Position numbers and translations under genes: made by a program
Source of the DNA: Tubulanus polymorphus
Taxonomy: Eukaryota > Animalia > Nemertea
Direction of reading: 5' to 3'
Length of the DNA stretch: 64,000 nucleotides
Assembly: GCF_964204645.1 (NCBI RefSeq)
Contig: NC_134027.1
Location: 3,814,485-3,878,484, forward strand
Shown here: positions 13,101 to 24,541 of the stretch, one piece after another
Layout of the letters: the number at the start of each line of letters is the position of its first letter
How positions within the stretch are numbered: the stretch's first letter is position 1
Notes under the pieces: generated by a model
Database searches by the model: none
Told to the model about the DNA's origin: nothing
Seen by the model: only the letters and a program-made list of their open reading frames with translations

Positions 13101-13770
13101 ATCATGTACAGATTTCGATTGGATATATTTGATATACCAGATGATACATGTATATACGTTTATATTATGATTCTAATAATCGTCACGTCTTGGACTTCGA
13201 TTCCACACGAACGACCTCATCTATTATGTTTGTTGATTTAAACTCCTTTAATGTCACATAGCTTCGATTTATAGGCTAAACAATATCTATAGCCTGAGGT
13301 GCTGTATATATAATACGGCAGCATCGACTATGTATACAGAGTATTTATAAGCAAGTAAATCAGGCCGAGCTTTATAGAAGGCGGGAACGCAAGGCATGCT
13401 GTATCATGATTCAGTTAGGCCCTATAGCCTATGTCGTCGGTGAGCGTGCAGATCAAGTTCGTATCACGAACGGGAACAGAAGGGAATAAGGCAGTCCGCT
13501 CCGACCCGGTTGTATAGAACATTCTTGAACACAAGATGGATGCCATGGTATGATGCGTGCCATTGTGGTAGTATATGTAGGCCAGTGTACGCTGTAACGG
13601 CCTTATTTGACAGAATTGTAAATAGTTCTACAAGATCAATGCTGATAGCTGGTATCGGTAGGCGTATCGTTGATACATGTCAGGCGGTTTAGGAAATAGA
13701 AATATCCCCAAAATAGCGTTCATTCAACGATGATGCATTACTGACCTTGAGTATAGCCGTATCCACTCAT
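10149..13770 (-). CDS. SSUH2-like protein, copy A (about 11 exons)
   Basis: Approximate exons: 13746-13770 (MSGYGYTQ), 12490-12632, 12297-12404, 12140-12212, 11875-12006, 11384-11569 (LETFTESRNSTYKYEPFYGGMIDGP..GPWEIP), 11150-11308 and 10821-10913 (DnaJ-like CxxCxGxG repeats), 10625-10727, 10378-10482, 10149-10295 (RHRLRGVPVTEC..FWVYGLEQKVHCPDYPQQCCCGCTIL*). Confidence 0.85.
11601..11821 (+). mobile_element. Harbinger/Tourist-like MITE (family H1), in an SSUH2-A intron
   Basis: About 32-bp imperfect TIRs (GGCTAAACAAAAATGATACCTTGTTTCTCCGC) and a 3-bp TSD TAA (11598-11600 / 11822-11824). Near-identical copies at 43292 and 44778. Confidence 0.9.
12520..12590 (-). repeat. Coding 24-bp tandem repeat x3 encoding (G/A)GYPPAQQ in SSUH2-A
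   Basis: The unit ccttgctgggctggcggatagcca is repeated about three times. Confidence 0.9.
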
Positions 13771-14388
13771 TGTGTGTGAATATTAGAGTGAGATACTTTT
13801 TCGAAGAGCGTTTTCCTTTCACCACATGATATTCCACCCTATTCAGTTCAAGTGCCTTATCTGATAGCAATTCCGCTTATACCAATCTAGACAGACTGTG
13901 CACAGACTATGTTATTGCGGGGCGACTTCGAAAGCAACGCGCGACACCGCTCGTTCACTAGCGGAGTAGAGCTATAGAGCTATAGCATCGAGTTCCATAA
14001 TATAAAAAGGTCGACGAATGGGAATAGGATATAGGGTTTCTGTCTGACTAACAAGGCCAGGGTCTCTCTCCTAACAATGATGGCGGGTTACTTGTTTCCA
14101 GAGAGAACCGACCACAAGAAGCTCGTGCTAATCTAAAACTCCAAATAGTGGTTTTAGTCCATTTAAAATCAAAGTTCGGAAACGACGCCAGTGATCTGTA
14201 CTTTTAGACCGTACTGTAGCCTTTGCCATGCCTTTAGCCAAGGTGGCTCGCGCGCAGTGTTCCGAAGATTTCCTATGCGTAGTTTTATTTTCAAAAAGGG
14301 CACTCACACACGTAAATATTTACCTATAAACCGCTGGTAGTGTACTCTGAATACTCGTCCTTTTGCGATTATGTATCAACCCTAGTCA

Positions 14389-14502
14389 GTAACCTGTCTG
14401 TGGTTTAGTTTCACGATCGGATATTTTCACAAACCACATATTTGTTGGTATAAGCCCATCCGATTATAAAAAGCTTACCACCAACGATTAGGTAACTAAC
14501 TA
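14389..14502. repeat. Dispersed ~115-bp repeat (probable small non-autonomous element)
   Basis: Near-identical inverted copy at 39037-39151. Only weak GTAACCT/AGGTAAC terminal symmetry. Confidence 0.8.
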
Positions 14503-14959
14503 GTATCAACCCCATTTTGCCTGTTCGGATCTGCCTGCCTTTCATGATAAATCCTGACTAGGGCCTGTGTGTTCATTATAAAATTCAATTGTTTGTTTAA
14601 TGCATTCAAACTTAAGAACCAAGTACAACTGAATGTCTTTATAATATTTTATGAAAAATTGACATGTTACCCTATGGCCCTAATGTCAAGAGTTCGATGA
14701 TTGTGAATCTCCCGTACGTATAACTCAAAATCATATGATGATTATTAATAGCAACCCGATAGCGGAATGTGATCTTAATGGCTCTTGTTGAGTATGAGTA
14801 ATGCGATTAGACGAGATAATTATAACTGAAAATAATCATTTTTTGATTTGATGCGTTTATTCATTATATTCCAACAAAAAAATCTTTAGGTTACACATGA
14901 TAATATTTGTAAGAATATATCAAAGCTGTTTTCGTAGATTGTTTGCATATTTCAACTGT

Positions 14960-17328
14960 CTAAATGATAATACATGTAATACATCCACGGCAGCACTTTT
15001 GCGGATAGTCTGGACAATGAACTTTCTGTTCTGAACCGTAAACCCAGTATCTCATATGTTTCTCCTTCAATCTGTATGCACATTCAGTCACCGGAACGCC
15101 ACATAAACGTTGACGCTGAAAATAAATAAACCTCATAACCTAACCGTATTTCAGTGAGTCATACGATTTTCTTATGTCATATATACCTGTCTTAATATCC
15201 TCTCATTTGGAAATGCAACGCGATGCGATTCGACCAGTCGCGTAGAATTATTATTTATACTGTCAACGGGATACGTTACTATCGGCCATACCTACATATT
15301 GAAATGCACGAACATTTTTAAAAATCATGCTTAACACAATATAGTAAATGGTTTCGTTCTACAAATACTTATATGAAATTGTTTGCATGGATGTTAGCTT
15401 TGGATGATGAAAATCTTAAAATTCAGATTTCTTCCAGAGCACCTGTGGGAGATCCTGTTCGTATATTGTAGCACTGGAGACGCTCTTGACGAGATTTTCG
15501 GGAATGCCGGCATGATACGTCTTAGGAATAAAATCGCTGACGTGATTGGTACTAAAATGTGAAACGTATAAAAAAATGAATCAAATCAATTACTACAGAA
15601 GCATAGAATTTAGTGATGTATATCATAACATCGTCTTTCAAAGTCATTTCGTTACTCACAACGTGACAACTATTTGAACATATATCTTCAAATGACGATA
15701 CCCCTGACAGGAGGCACATTGAGAGCGACCATCTCCATGACATGGTTTACATCTGCAACACGAAAAATGACTCTGGCCTGGGTTTGAATTTAAACTCAGC
15801 TTCTAGTATCAAAAAATGAATATTTAAACCTTTACCGCTCTGCACTAGTGCCTGCGCAATGATCACATTGTTTAAATTCACCCTGAGTTGAAATGAATGG
15901 CACTCTGCCATGACATTTTGAACAGTTCACGTGGCCCTTTCCAAAACAAGTCCTACAGCGCAAAAATCCGCATCCCTGGCAGCGATGACAGAGCTATGAA
16001 TGTGGATGATACGAACATAAAATCACAATCGTTACATGAGATTATTTCCGTTTCGACCTTTAGTAATATGGAACTATACGTAGACTTTTTCAAACTTACC
16101 ACCGACCTTTCGGTATGGGGCACGCGAATTTCCTTTGTGTGATCTTTGTAAAATGAATCGGGGTTGATAACTATTTCCCAAGGGCCTGGGGCAGGTCCGT
16201 TATCAGGTCCGTCAATAGCACCGCCAGTATACGCTTCAAACTTGTAGGTCGCCTTTCGGCATTCAGCAAATGTCTCTAAACTGAGCTACGAAATGAGATT
16301 CATGCATATTGTAAATAAACATATAATTCATAAGCACCGATCTATTCATCATCAAAACAGATTCTCGATCTCTAGAAAACGTGGAAAATCTTACATGCAG
16401 GAGTGCAGTTGATGGCCGAATATCCTCTATTACCATGTCTTTGGCGGCTCTTCCAAAGCAGACGTTCTCTGCTACGAACTGCTCCATTGCTTTTTTGCAC
16501 TCATCAGAAGACAAGGCACGTCTAAAATATTTTAAAACATAAAAATAAAAATTTTAAAACATGAAAGGGGGTATTGGCCGAACACATTGCATAAGCATCA
16601 CTAGATCCTGCAAATATTTTGAGGCTTACCCAGAAAAATGCACATCAGCTGGCTGTGGACCCAACGGTGCTGACATGGCATCAGGAGGTGCCGTAAATTT
16701 TACTGAAAATATATCCTTTAATAGATATACGTGTAAAATTTGAAGTTGTAACATGTTATGAAAAAAAAACTCACGTTGGTCGAATCCTGCTAATTGGTAT
16801 CCATCAAACTGTGGTAACCTTGGAGGAGGTCCTTCGATGTCTTTATCTGGCAGTTTTCCACCCATATTTGGTTGCCATGCTATGCAATTATCTAAAAGAT
16901 ACTGACATACATTACATAGTAGATTGAGGGTTAATAAGATGTGATGTATATAATTGTTCCTTGTATGATCAACAATACGACCTACCTCCCGGTCTCTCGG
17001 AAAAACATTTCTTTCTTTGACTTCTTCCAATAGCTAAGCCGTTCTCAAATTTCTTATTTTCGTTGCTGGGTGAATATGCGGATCCGCTTGTGGGAGGACC
17101 ACCAATTTCGGGAGGCCCTCCATAGCCCCCAACCGCCGGTACGGGTTGACCTGTAAGATTTTATTTCTGGAATTTGACCACACGAATTCTGGTGTTAAAC
17201 GTGAAGTTTTTTACAGTAACCACCCTACCTTCAAGTGTAACGAATACGTCGATATCAGACTGGAATGAATCTTGGTGAAAAAGGCTGCGGTGTCGCCATG
17301 AAGTTGATTGCGCCCTTAAAACGGCCAT
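14960..17328 (-). CDS. SSUH2-like protein, copy B
   Basis: Exon order matches copy A (AWQPNMGG.., FRDICxMPKGDLQ region paralogous to the LETF exon, CxxCxGxG exons, TNHVSDF..). Last exon is RQRLCGVPVTEC..FWVYGSEQKVHCPDYPQKCCRGCITCIII*. Candidate ATG at 17328 (MAVLRAQS..) is uncertain, and not every exon was checked for frame integrity. Confidence 0.75.
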
Positions 17329-19479
17329 TGTCTACCTGGCTTTATTCGGTTGCTGTTCATCCTAGATCCGGTGCCGGGCTGATATGTCTCGATCCTTTAC
17401 TGCTCTTTAGTCTATCTCACTCTAAAAATAATGACACGATTGAAAAATTGTTTGATTGGGTGTGCCCTAGTATTAAGTACCACAAGATTTTGGGCTAATC
17501 GGTTCATCAATCGTTGGACATATTTTGACCCCATAAAGGGAACAAACCATATGGAATATAGATCAACCATCTATTTCTTTGTACGAATTGATTCCTTACA
17601 TTGGTTCACCGAAAAGCTAATAGTTTCTTGAATAAATTGCTAGTTGCTTTAAATCAATACCGGAACTTGATCGAAGATTGCTCCATAATTAGACAAGATA
17701 AATGCACGTGTATTTTCTGTCTTTATTGTTCGCATTGTATATCGGTGAATTTCATCATCCGAAGATCAATAGAATTTACCTATCTCGGAGCAATGATTAC
17801 GTGAAAACATCGATAATATTTTTCTCTTAATGTTATCCGTTTATTCGACGTAAATTTATGTATATTGTAGGTAGATGTTTGTTTCGTTGTGAAAAGCACA
17901 ACCTTATGTTAGCGGTTTTCGATATTTTTGAAAGCAAATAAACATACCAGATTGTGCTCTTCGGCGATTACATATCATGTATTGTACATACGTATGTTTT
18001 CGCCACACCGCGAAATCCCAATTATTTTCAGGTTGAAATTGATCAGTACTAAATCGATGCGTCTATAAATATCTGATAGCATGATTTATTCAAAATCAGG
18101 GGTAAGAGTATTTCTGTATTCCATTCATTTTAGCATTTATTCAAATACACGAATAGGTGTATATCTAAATGTCCATGTTGTTTCGTGTTTTGAAAAGTTA
18201 TTTTGTAATCGCTAAAGAATTTCGTTCAATATCGTTAAAACCAAGTTTACGAAAAGCTATTCATGCTCACCTTACAAATCTCCAGAAAAACGAAAAACCG
18301 TTGTATATATCCATATGTACCGCATTCGAGCTGTCACAGATTATGCATTTGCCAGTAGTACAATCTACCGCTGCATTTTAATATCAGATAGACATCTAAT
18401 GAATACACGCGCTCTGTAATTGTGAAATTGTATCTCTCTTGCAGGGCGGTGCAGCAAATACTTATATGACGTCCAGAAACCCAACAATTATAGAATTTAA
18501 CCCGAAAATAGCTTTTATACTTCCGAATGCCCTAAGATTGATAACACTAGATGGTAAATAACGCAAAATATTATGTTCGTGATGTTTGATGGAAAATCGA
18601 TGTTGTTCGTTTTAACCACACCTATCGGTTCCAAACTAGATACGTATGAAACATCACAGTATATTGTATTCTTGTTGCCGCCATTAGGTAAACTGATAAT
18701 ATCTCAAATCGTTCGTCGGCGTCGCTATCCTGCTGATTGTGCGTAATCGAGCCAGTCTTTCTCTCAAAATGTCGGATAGCAATTTTGCACCGAACAAAAA
18801 GAAAATAGTCCGCCTAATGATGGTGATGATATTTACCCTTTCATGAGTAGCTTCATCTGTAAACAGATAGAATCTCTGCACCATTTTGATACATGTTGTC
18901 TCTGCTTGAGGCTTGCTTACATTTTTGTTCGATCGTTTCCAGAAATAAAAGAACACTACTATACACTTGTTTGAATAAATACGTATTTTATTCGATACAT
19001 TTATACATGGTAAATGGTGGTTTACAAGAATAATGACATTTGAAACATACTTAGAAAAACATTTATAACATAGAAATCCCTGTTTCTAAAGTTTCCTTGA
19101 TCAAACGTTTTATTCGACGTTTCATGACGAAACGTCGAATAAGATATTAGCTCAAGGAAATTTTTTGGACTCATCTTTCTTAAGTATTATGGGATTTTAT
19201 CTTAAATTGTCGTGACAACACGGATAGAGCGTTTCATCAGGCTTATTAGAAAAGAACCATTTATTTAAATTTTACGAACAATTCCTTCGGGAACAGTAAT
19301 CTAATCATGCTTATAGGCGAAAAGTCTCTAGGTCATTATTACAACAGTCCGGTCGGAAAGTAACAGATGGCTAGAACTCCATATATTATTTAATTTGGAA
19401 CAAAAATAGATGGATTATCAAGTATGGAGTCTTATAAACGACAACCAAATCATCTTTTTCTGGAGGCTTAACAGATTCT

Positions 19480-22412
19480 TCAAATGATTTGACAGACATG
19501 TTGACAACAACGATGCGGGGGGTCAGGTGCGTAGATCTTATCATCGAGACCGTAGACCCAAAAACAGCGCTCACTATCCTTCCATGTGTACCAGCACTGT
19601 GTTACTGGCACTCCACGCAAAACGTGACGCTGAAAAGACGTAGATGATAATTTCTTAATTGAATGGAAATGATTATTTCATTATCAAAAATCACTGTGTT
19701 AAATTTAGGATCGTTTATCTCGCAAATATGCACGGAGAACAGTTATACTTCGCTATTATCGTGATATTTATTTATGGCATCAGCGGGATAAAAACAAATC
19801 AAACAGAAAACTCATTATCCGATAGGCGAGTGAGAATATGAATAAAGCGCATGTCTATATGCAGTAGAAGATTACATCGTTGTATCAGAAATATCCAATT
19901 ATGCGGCTAAATATATAACAAACGATCGATGATGTGTAGAAAATGGTTTTCAAGTTTCCAAGTTGTAGTGCCGCAGAGAACAATATACGTATATTATATG
20001 TTGTTAGGTAGTTTACATTTTCGAAATGAAATCAATACGTGTGATACATACCTGTTTAATGAGTCTTTGATGCGGAAACGAGTCGTGATGCTCTTTAACC
20101 AATCGCTGGGATACGATATTAATCGCTTCAATATCATGAGTAGTGATCGGTGAGATCTTGAAATGTCAAAAATAAATCGCAGTTTTTAATTTTTCATTCT
20201 ACGTATCTAACGATAGCAGCAAAAATAATAGTATTTATTATCTATATATTGGAAAAAATAATGTTATTTTCTTGCTGAAACTGATGAAAATTTCTTTGTC
20301 TTAATTCTATTTTCTAGGAAATTGTTAAGTTTAGTACTACTGTAGTAGTTTGTTATAAAAACAAGTAGGTGCATACGTGAGTTTGTGTCTCCTGGAATAC
20401 AGTCGTGCCGTCAGCAGATCGAATTAGATCATCGTGAAGACCAGTTTCTTCTAAGGTACAATCACTCATGTAATTAGTGCTGTAAATATCAATAATATTA
20501 CCATCATTCATGATTCGCCAAACACCAAACCTGATTTAGATACAGGATCTATTTATTCGATCACAAATTGAGCTAGTGAATGGTTTTGAATTCGTTTCTT
20601 ACTAATGGACACCTAGACATATGTAGATATTTAGATTTCCGAAGCCTTCGCAGATCGAACAAACCATTAGTCCACCTCCTTCACACATTGTACACCTATA
20701 GAATAGAAATATAAACAAAAATTTCTCGGATTCCAATATATATTGAGATGTGTATACGTAATATCATACGACTTTGCAATTATCACTTGTGTTTTCCACT
20801 GGTTCCGCACAATTTACAAGTGGATGATGTCTTGGTGGTCGAAGTGTCAGAATGCGCCCTTCTACATTTGGTACAATCTGCTATACCCAGTGTCTCACAT
20901 GTGGTACAACGTCGATATCCACGTCCACGGCATTCGTAACATGGCTAAAACATAAACTTGATTATCACACTGGCAGTTACGAAGCCCATGTATTTTAGTT
21001 AGGCGGTATGATCGCTCTAGTTTATACGTCTTTAGACTTTAAAACGATTTAATTTTCGTCTTTAAGGTCCATCGTAGGGTTATTCTTTGTTAATTATACC
21101 GGCCGTGAAGGACACTCACCAAACTCTGCACGGATTCGACGATTCGTCTGTGTTTACTGTGAGTATGGAACATTTTCTCCGGAATACAATCGATTGACCA
21201 AGGGTCATCCAGTAACTTTGGTTCTGTCTGTGGAACTTGTGTTTGTTTCGTATTTGGTTCGATTTTAAGCATGACACTTCTTGTTTCTGCGAATGATTCG
21301 ACGCCATACTGAAATAAAGACAGTTCTCTTTTACTCTGATATTTTTCTCTACTTCTTCCATATATATACTGCGTCTAGCGAAGACTCACGTGTAAAACTG
21401 TAGTGGGTTGAATTTTTGTGATGGTCATCATGTCGCCGAACCTTTTTCCATGAACACATTTCTTCTCCAGGTATTTACTGATTGCTTCTCGACAATCTGA
21501 CTCTTTTTTGCAGCCGACTCTAAAAAAGCGTCCGAAAAGACAAATTATGCTTCGACCCATTCTTAGCAGCATTAGGTAAGACGATGGATATATTCAATTA
21601 CGTGTGTATCGATTACCTTTCGAACTGATGCGGGTATGGATGATTTGTTGGAGTGCTAACAACCTCATGTGTCGACTCAAATGGAAGCAATATCTCTGCA
21701 ATTCAGAAGATAATAACCCTAATAGCGGGAATATGACACATTACGTGATAGCACGTAGGTATCACATATTCGCTAATTCTACAGAACGTGGAATCTAAGT
21801 TGTTCATAATCCTACAATTCATATTCTTATGCATTTTTAGAACATTCCATGGCGGATATTTGAATGATTCCCGATTTCACGATTGCATTTATACGATAGG
21901 TTATAATTAGCAGCAACACGTCGATGTCATGTGTTACGGAAGCCGGATAAGTTTCTGAACATCATGCGATTCATCGATGTTTACGTGATCTATATGACAC
22001 GTAGTAAGCGAATATGCTGAAATCAGCATGAACATCTACATAGCTGTTCATTACCACGTCACGATTATTACCTTTATTCAGTTCAAGAAAAGGGTAGCCT
22101 TTGTACACGGGCAGTTTTATCGAATCTGGAAGATCAGTCCGCGCTGAAGGTATTTCCCCGCCTATACTTGGGTTCCACGCTGACAAAACAAAAAATAAAT
22201 GCATGCATCATACGGATGTGTATAAGTTTTCTATAGAATTATCTCGGATGTTTGAAAATATCAAGACAGACCTCCCATGTATCGTCTTGATTCGGGGCCA
22301 AACGATGTAGAATTTCTTTTCGGTATTTGATTCGCCGAGTCTGTGGTTATATTTTTACTCGACGGTGGTCCTCCGAACGGACATGGACCACCGAAACTGC
22401 CAATCGCAGGAA
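19480..22412 (-). CDS. SSUH2-like protein, copy C (divergent; start not resolved)
   Basis: Exons: GDPIPAIGSFGG (~22270-22412), AWNPSIGGEIP (~22071-22180), CREAISKYLEKKC (~21390-21519), VESFAETRS..DPWSI (~21120-21308), CYECRGRG/CTMCEGGG zinc-finger exons, and last exon RHVLRGVPVTQC..FWVYGLDDKIYAPDPPHRCCQHVCQII*. Confidence 0.75.
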
Positions 22413-23574
22413 TAGGATCCCCTTTGATAGAAATTCAAGAATATGTCATCAAGAGCTGTTTGAAACGCAGCGGGAAAATGCGCATTTACTATGAAGAAGT
22501 AGACAGATGTGCTTTTTACATAAACCACACAACTACACGCGTAAAAAGAAATGAAATGGTGACCGGGTCAATCAAATTATTGCCGCTCGTTTATCGTTTC
22601 CGATGTGTTTCCTCTTTCGCTATTTTCACCACGGACAATTTCATTAGTGGCTGCCAAAGGAAGGAGCAGGGGCAAAGGCGCGACGAAAAAAAAAACAATT
22701 TTTGTACCGTATTGATAAAACAACACGCGTGGATCGTTATTCAAGAAATAATCATCCTTCTAAGAAAAAGGTGGACACACTGGCAATGCAAAAAATATTA
22801 TTTCCATTCCCGGCTTGAGGTTAAATTATTGCAAGGTGATTTTAGTTTGTTCTTCGCTAACTTCCTCAGATGTATTACCTTCGAGACTGATGTGCATAGC
22901 CGTATCTTCAAAACAGCCTTCATTGTGCATTGAACTTTGTCTGCGTCTTCCGTCACGAAATATCATCGTTCTAACGTTTATAAAGGCTGCAGACTATTCA
23001 ACTACAAGTAACAAGCTAAATTCACTTTCCTGTAATCACACGCATGAACACAAGAAAGAAGGTAACAATAACATAATAATGAGTTTCCTCGTTAATACCT
23101 AAAATTTTGGTTGATTGATATTTGATAAGCATACGTACCTGTAGGATGGCGAGCTGACAATCCGCTACTGATCCAGCCGGCCGACTGACTACCGGTTACT
23201 GACACGATTGATTGCCATGGCTACCAAGCTATCAAGTCGAGAGTGCGCTTACAATATAATTACCGGTAGCTGATAAAACTATGATCCATAGATATAACTT
23301 TTTTGAAAACATTTTGAGTCACTAGTTTTGTAGATGACCCCTCAGACACCTCGGTTGTCGGCTTAGGATTTTGATATCAATATTTTCCGTTTAACGTCGA
23401 CAACGGAGAACTTTAGGAGATTCCACCGACACAAACAGAGCTGCTAAATGAGCAGCTCATTACATCTCTATCGCAAAATAATGACAAAAACTCCATATTA
23501 CAGCATGAAAGATCACATTGTATTTCATTTGGTAAGTATTTACAGTACAATTCAAATAAAGTCAAGTGAAATAA

Positions 23575-23612
23575 AGCGGAACCTCGTTACAACGAACTCG
23601 GATACAACGATT
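23575..23612 (+). mobile_element. Tigger/pogo-like TIR remnant
   Basis: GCGGAACCTCGTTACAACGAACTCGGATACAACGA resembles the left end of the element at 44607. Confidence 0.5.
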
Positions 23613-23904
23613 CATCGGATTCACTGTATATTCATTTTAAATTCTATGTGTACTATGTCCATGCATCCTAAAAAATATTGAACGTCTAGAATGAAGAAAA
23701 AGTGATTCTCGCTGATTATTTAACGGGAAAAAAAGCTTTCCATTGAAACAACAGCGTCATAAACGTCATGAATTCCTTTAAAATTAAATTCATTTATGAA
23801 CAGATACAGAAAGAGGACAACTACATGTAAAACACAATAACCATACATTATCGTACACACTAAACTTGATTTATATGTGATATCTTTTTTTTAAAAGACG
23901 CTTA

Positions 23905-24381
23905 GGCTAAAAAAAAATGATACCTTGTTTCTCCGCTCTGCTGAGCTCAAATGTTGACCCGGCCGGCCGCCTATCTACCCTATACATTACTTTTTTTTAA
24001 ATCCTGATCAATTTTACCATAACAGACCCGGCAGTTATCGGAATGAACTGTTTATAAATCTTATCATATTTTACAAAAATGATCCGGCCGCTGCGGAGAA
24101 ACAAGGTATCATTTGAAATGGACAGCGAGTTACCAAATGCTGCGCACCCTATCCTTGGTATCATCGTCACCGTATTATGTATCGCAAATCCGATAATGGC
24201 TTTATTCAGACCAGATCCCACTCACGAGAAAAGACCGATATTCAACTGGAGCCATCGTATCGTTGGTGGATTATCATAACAGACCCGGCCGCTATAGAAA
24301 TGAACTGTTTATAAATTTTATCATATTTTACAAAAATGACCCGGCCACTGCAGAGAAACAAGGTATCATTTTTGTTTAGCC
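23905..24381 (-). mobile_element. Composite H1 MITE carrying a captured FRRS1-paralogue fragment
   Basis: Nearly complete H1 copy at 23905-24114, FRRS1-like coding fragment at 24112-~24270, and a second partial H1 at 24275-24381. Outer ends are GGCTAA..TTAGCC. Flanks are TTA and TAA, so they do not match as a TSD. Confidence 0.9.
24112..24267 (+). pseudogene. Captured 52-codon fragment of a cytochrome b561/FRRS1 paralogue
   Basis: FEMDSELPNAAHPILGIIVTVLCIANPIMALFRPDPTHEKRPIFNWSHRIVG is 41/52 aa identical to the region 8555-8710 of the FRRS1-like gene. Confidence 0.9.
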
Positions 24382-24541
24382 TAATACTGTTTTTCACCTA
24401 TATCAGAAATGTGAACTATAGATCGATTTAAAAATATATACAAATAAAATTAATCAAGGGAGTTAAAAATATCCGATAATTCATAGAATGATTTACAGCG
24501 AGATTAAATTCCACTATCAGGATGATTCATATAGCGCTGTA

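Noticed and set aside
22343-22933. 196-aa plus-strand ORF
   Set aside because: Non-ATG start, no recognisable motifs, and it overlaps an SSUH2-C exon and intron on the opposite strand.
23997-24279. ORFs 23997-24221(-) and 24079-24279(+) as independent genes
   Set aside because: They are chimeras of MITE sequence and the captured fragment. There is no promoter or splice evidence, and the ATG lies inside the MITE.
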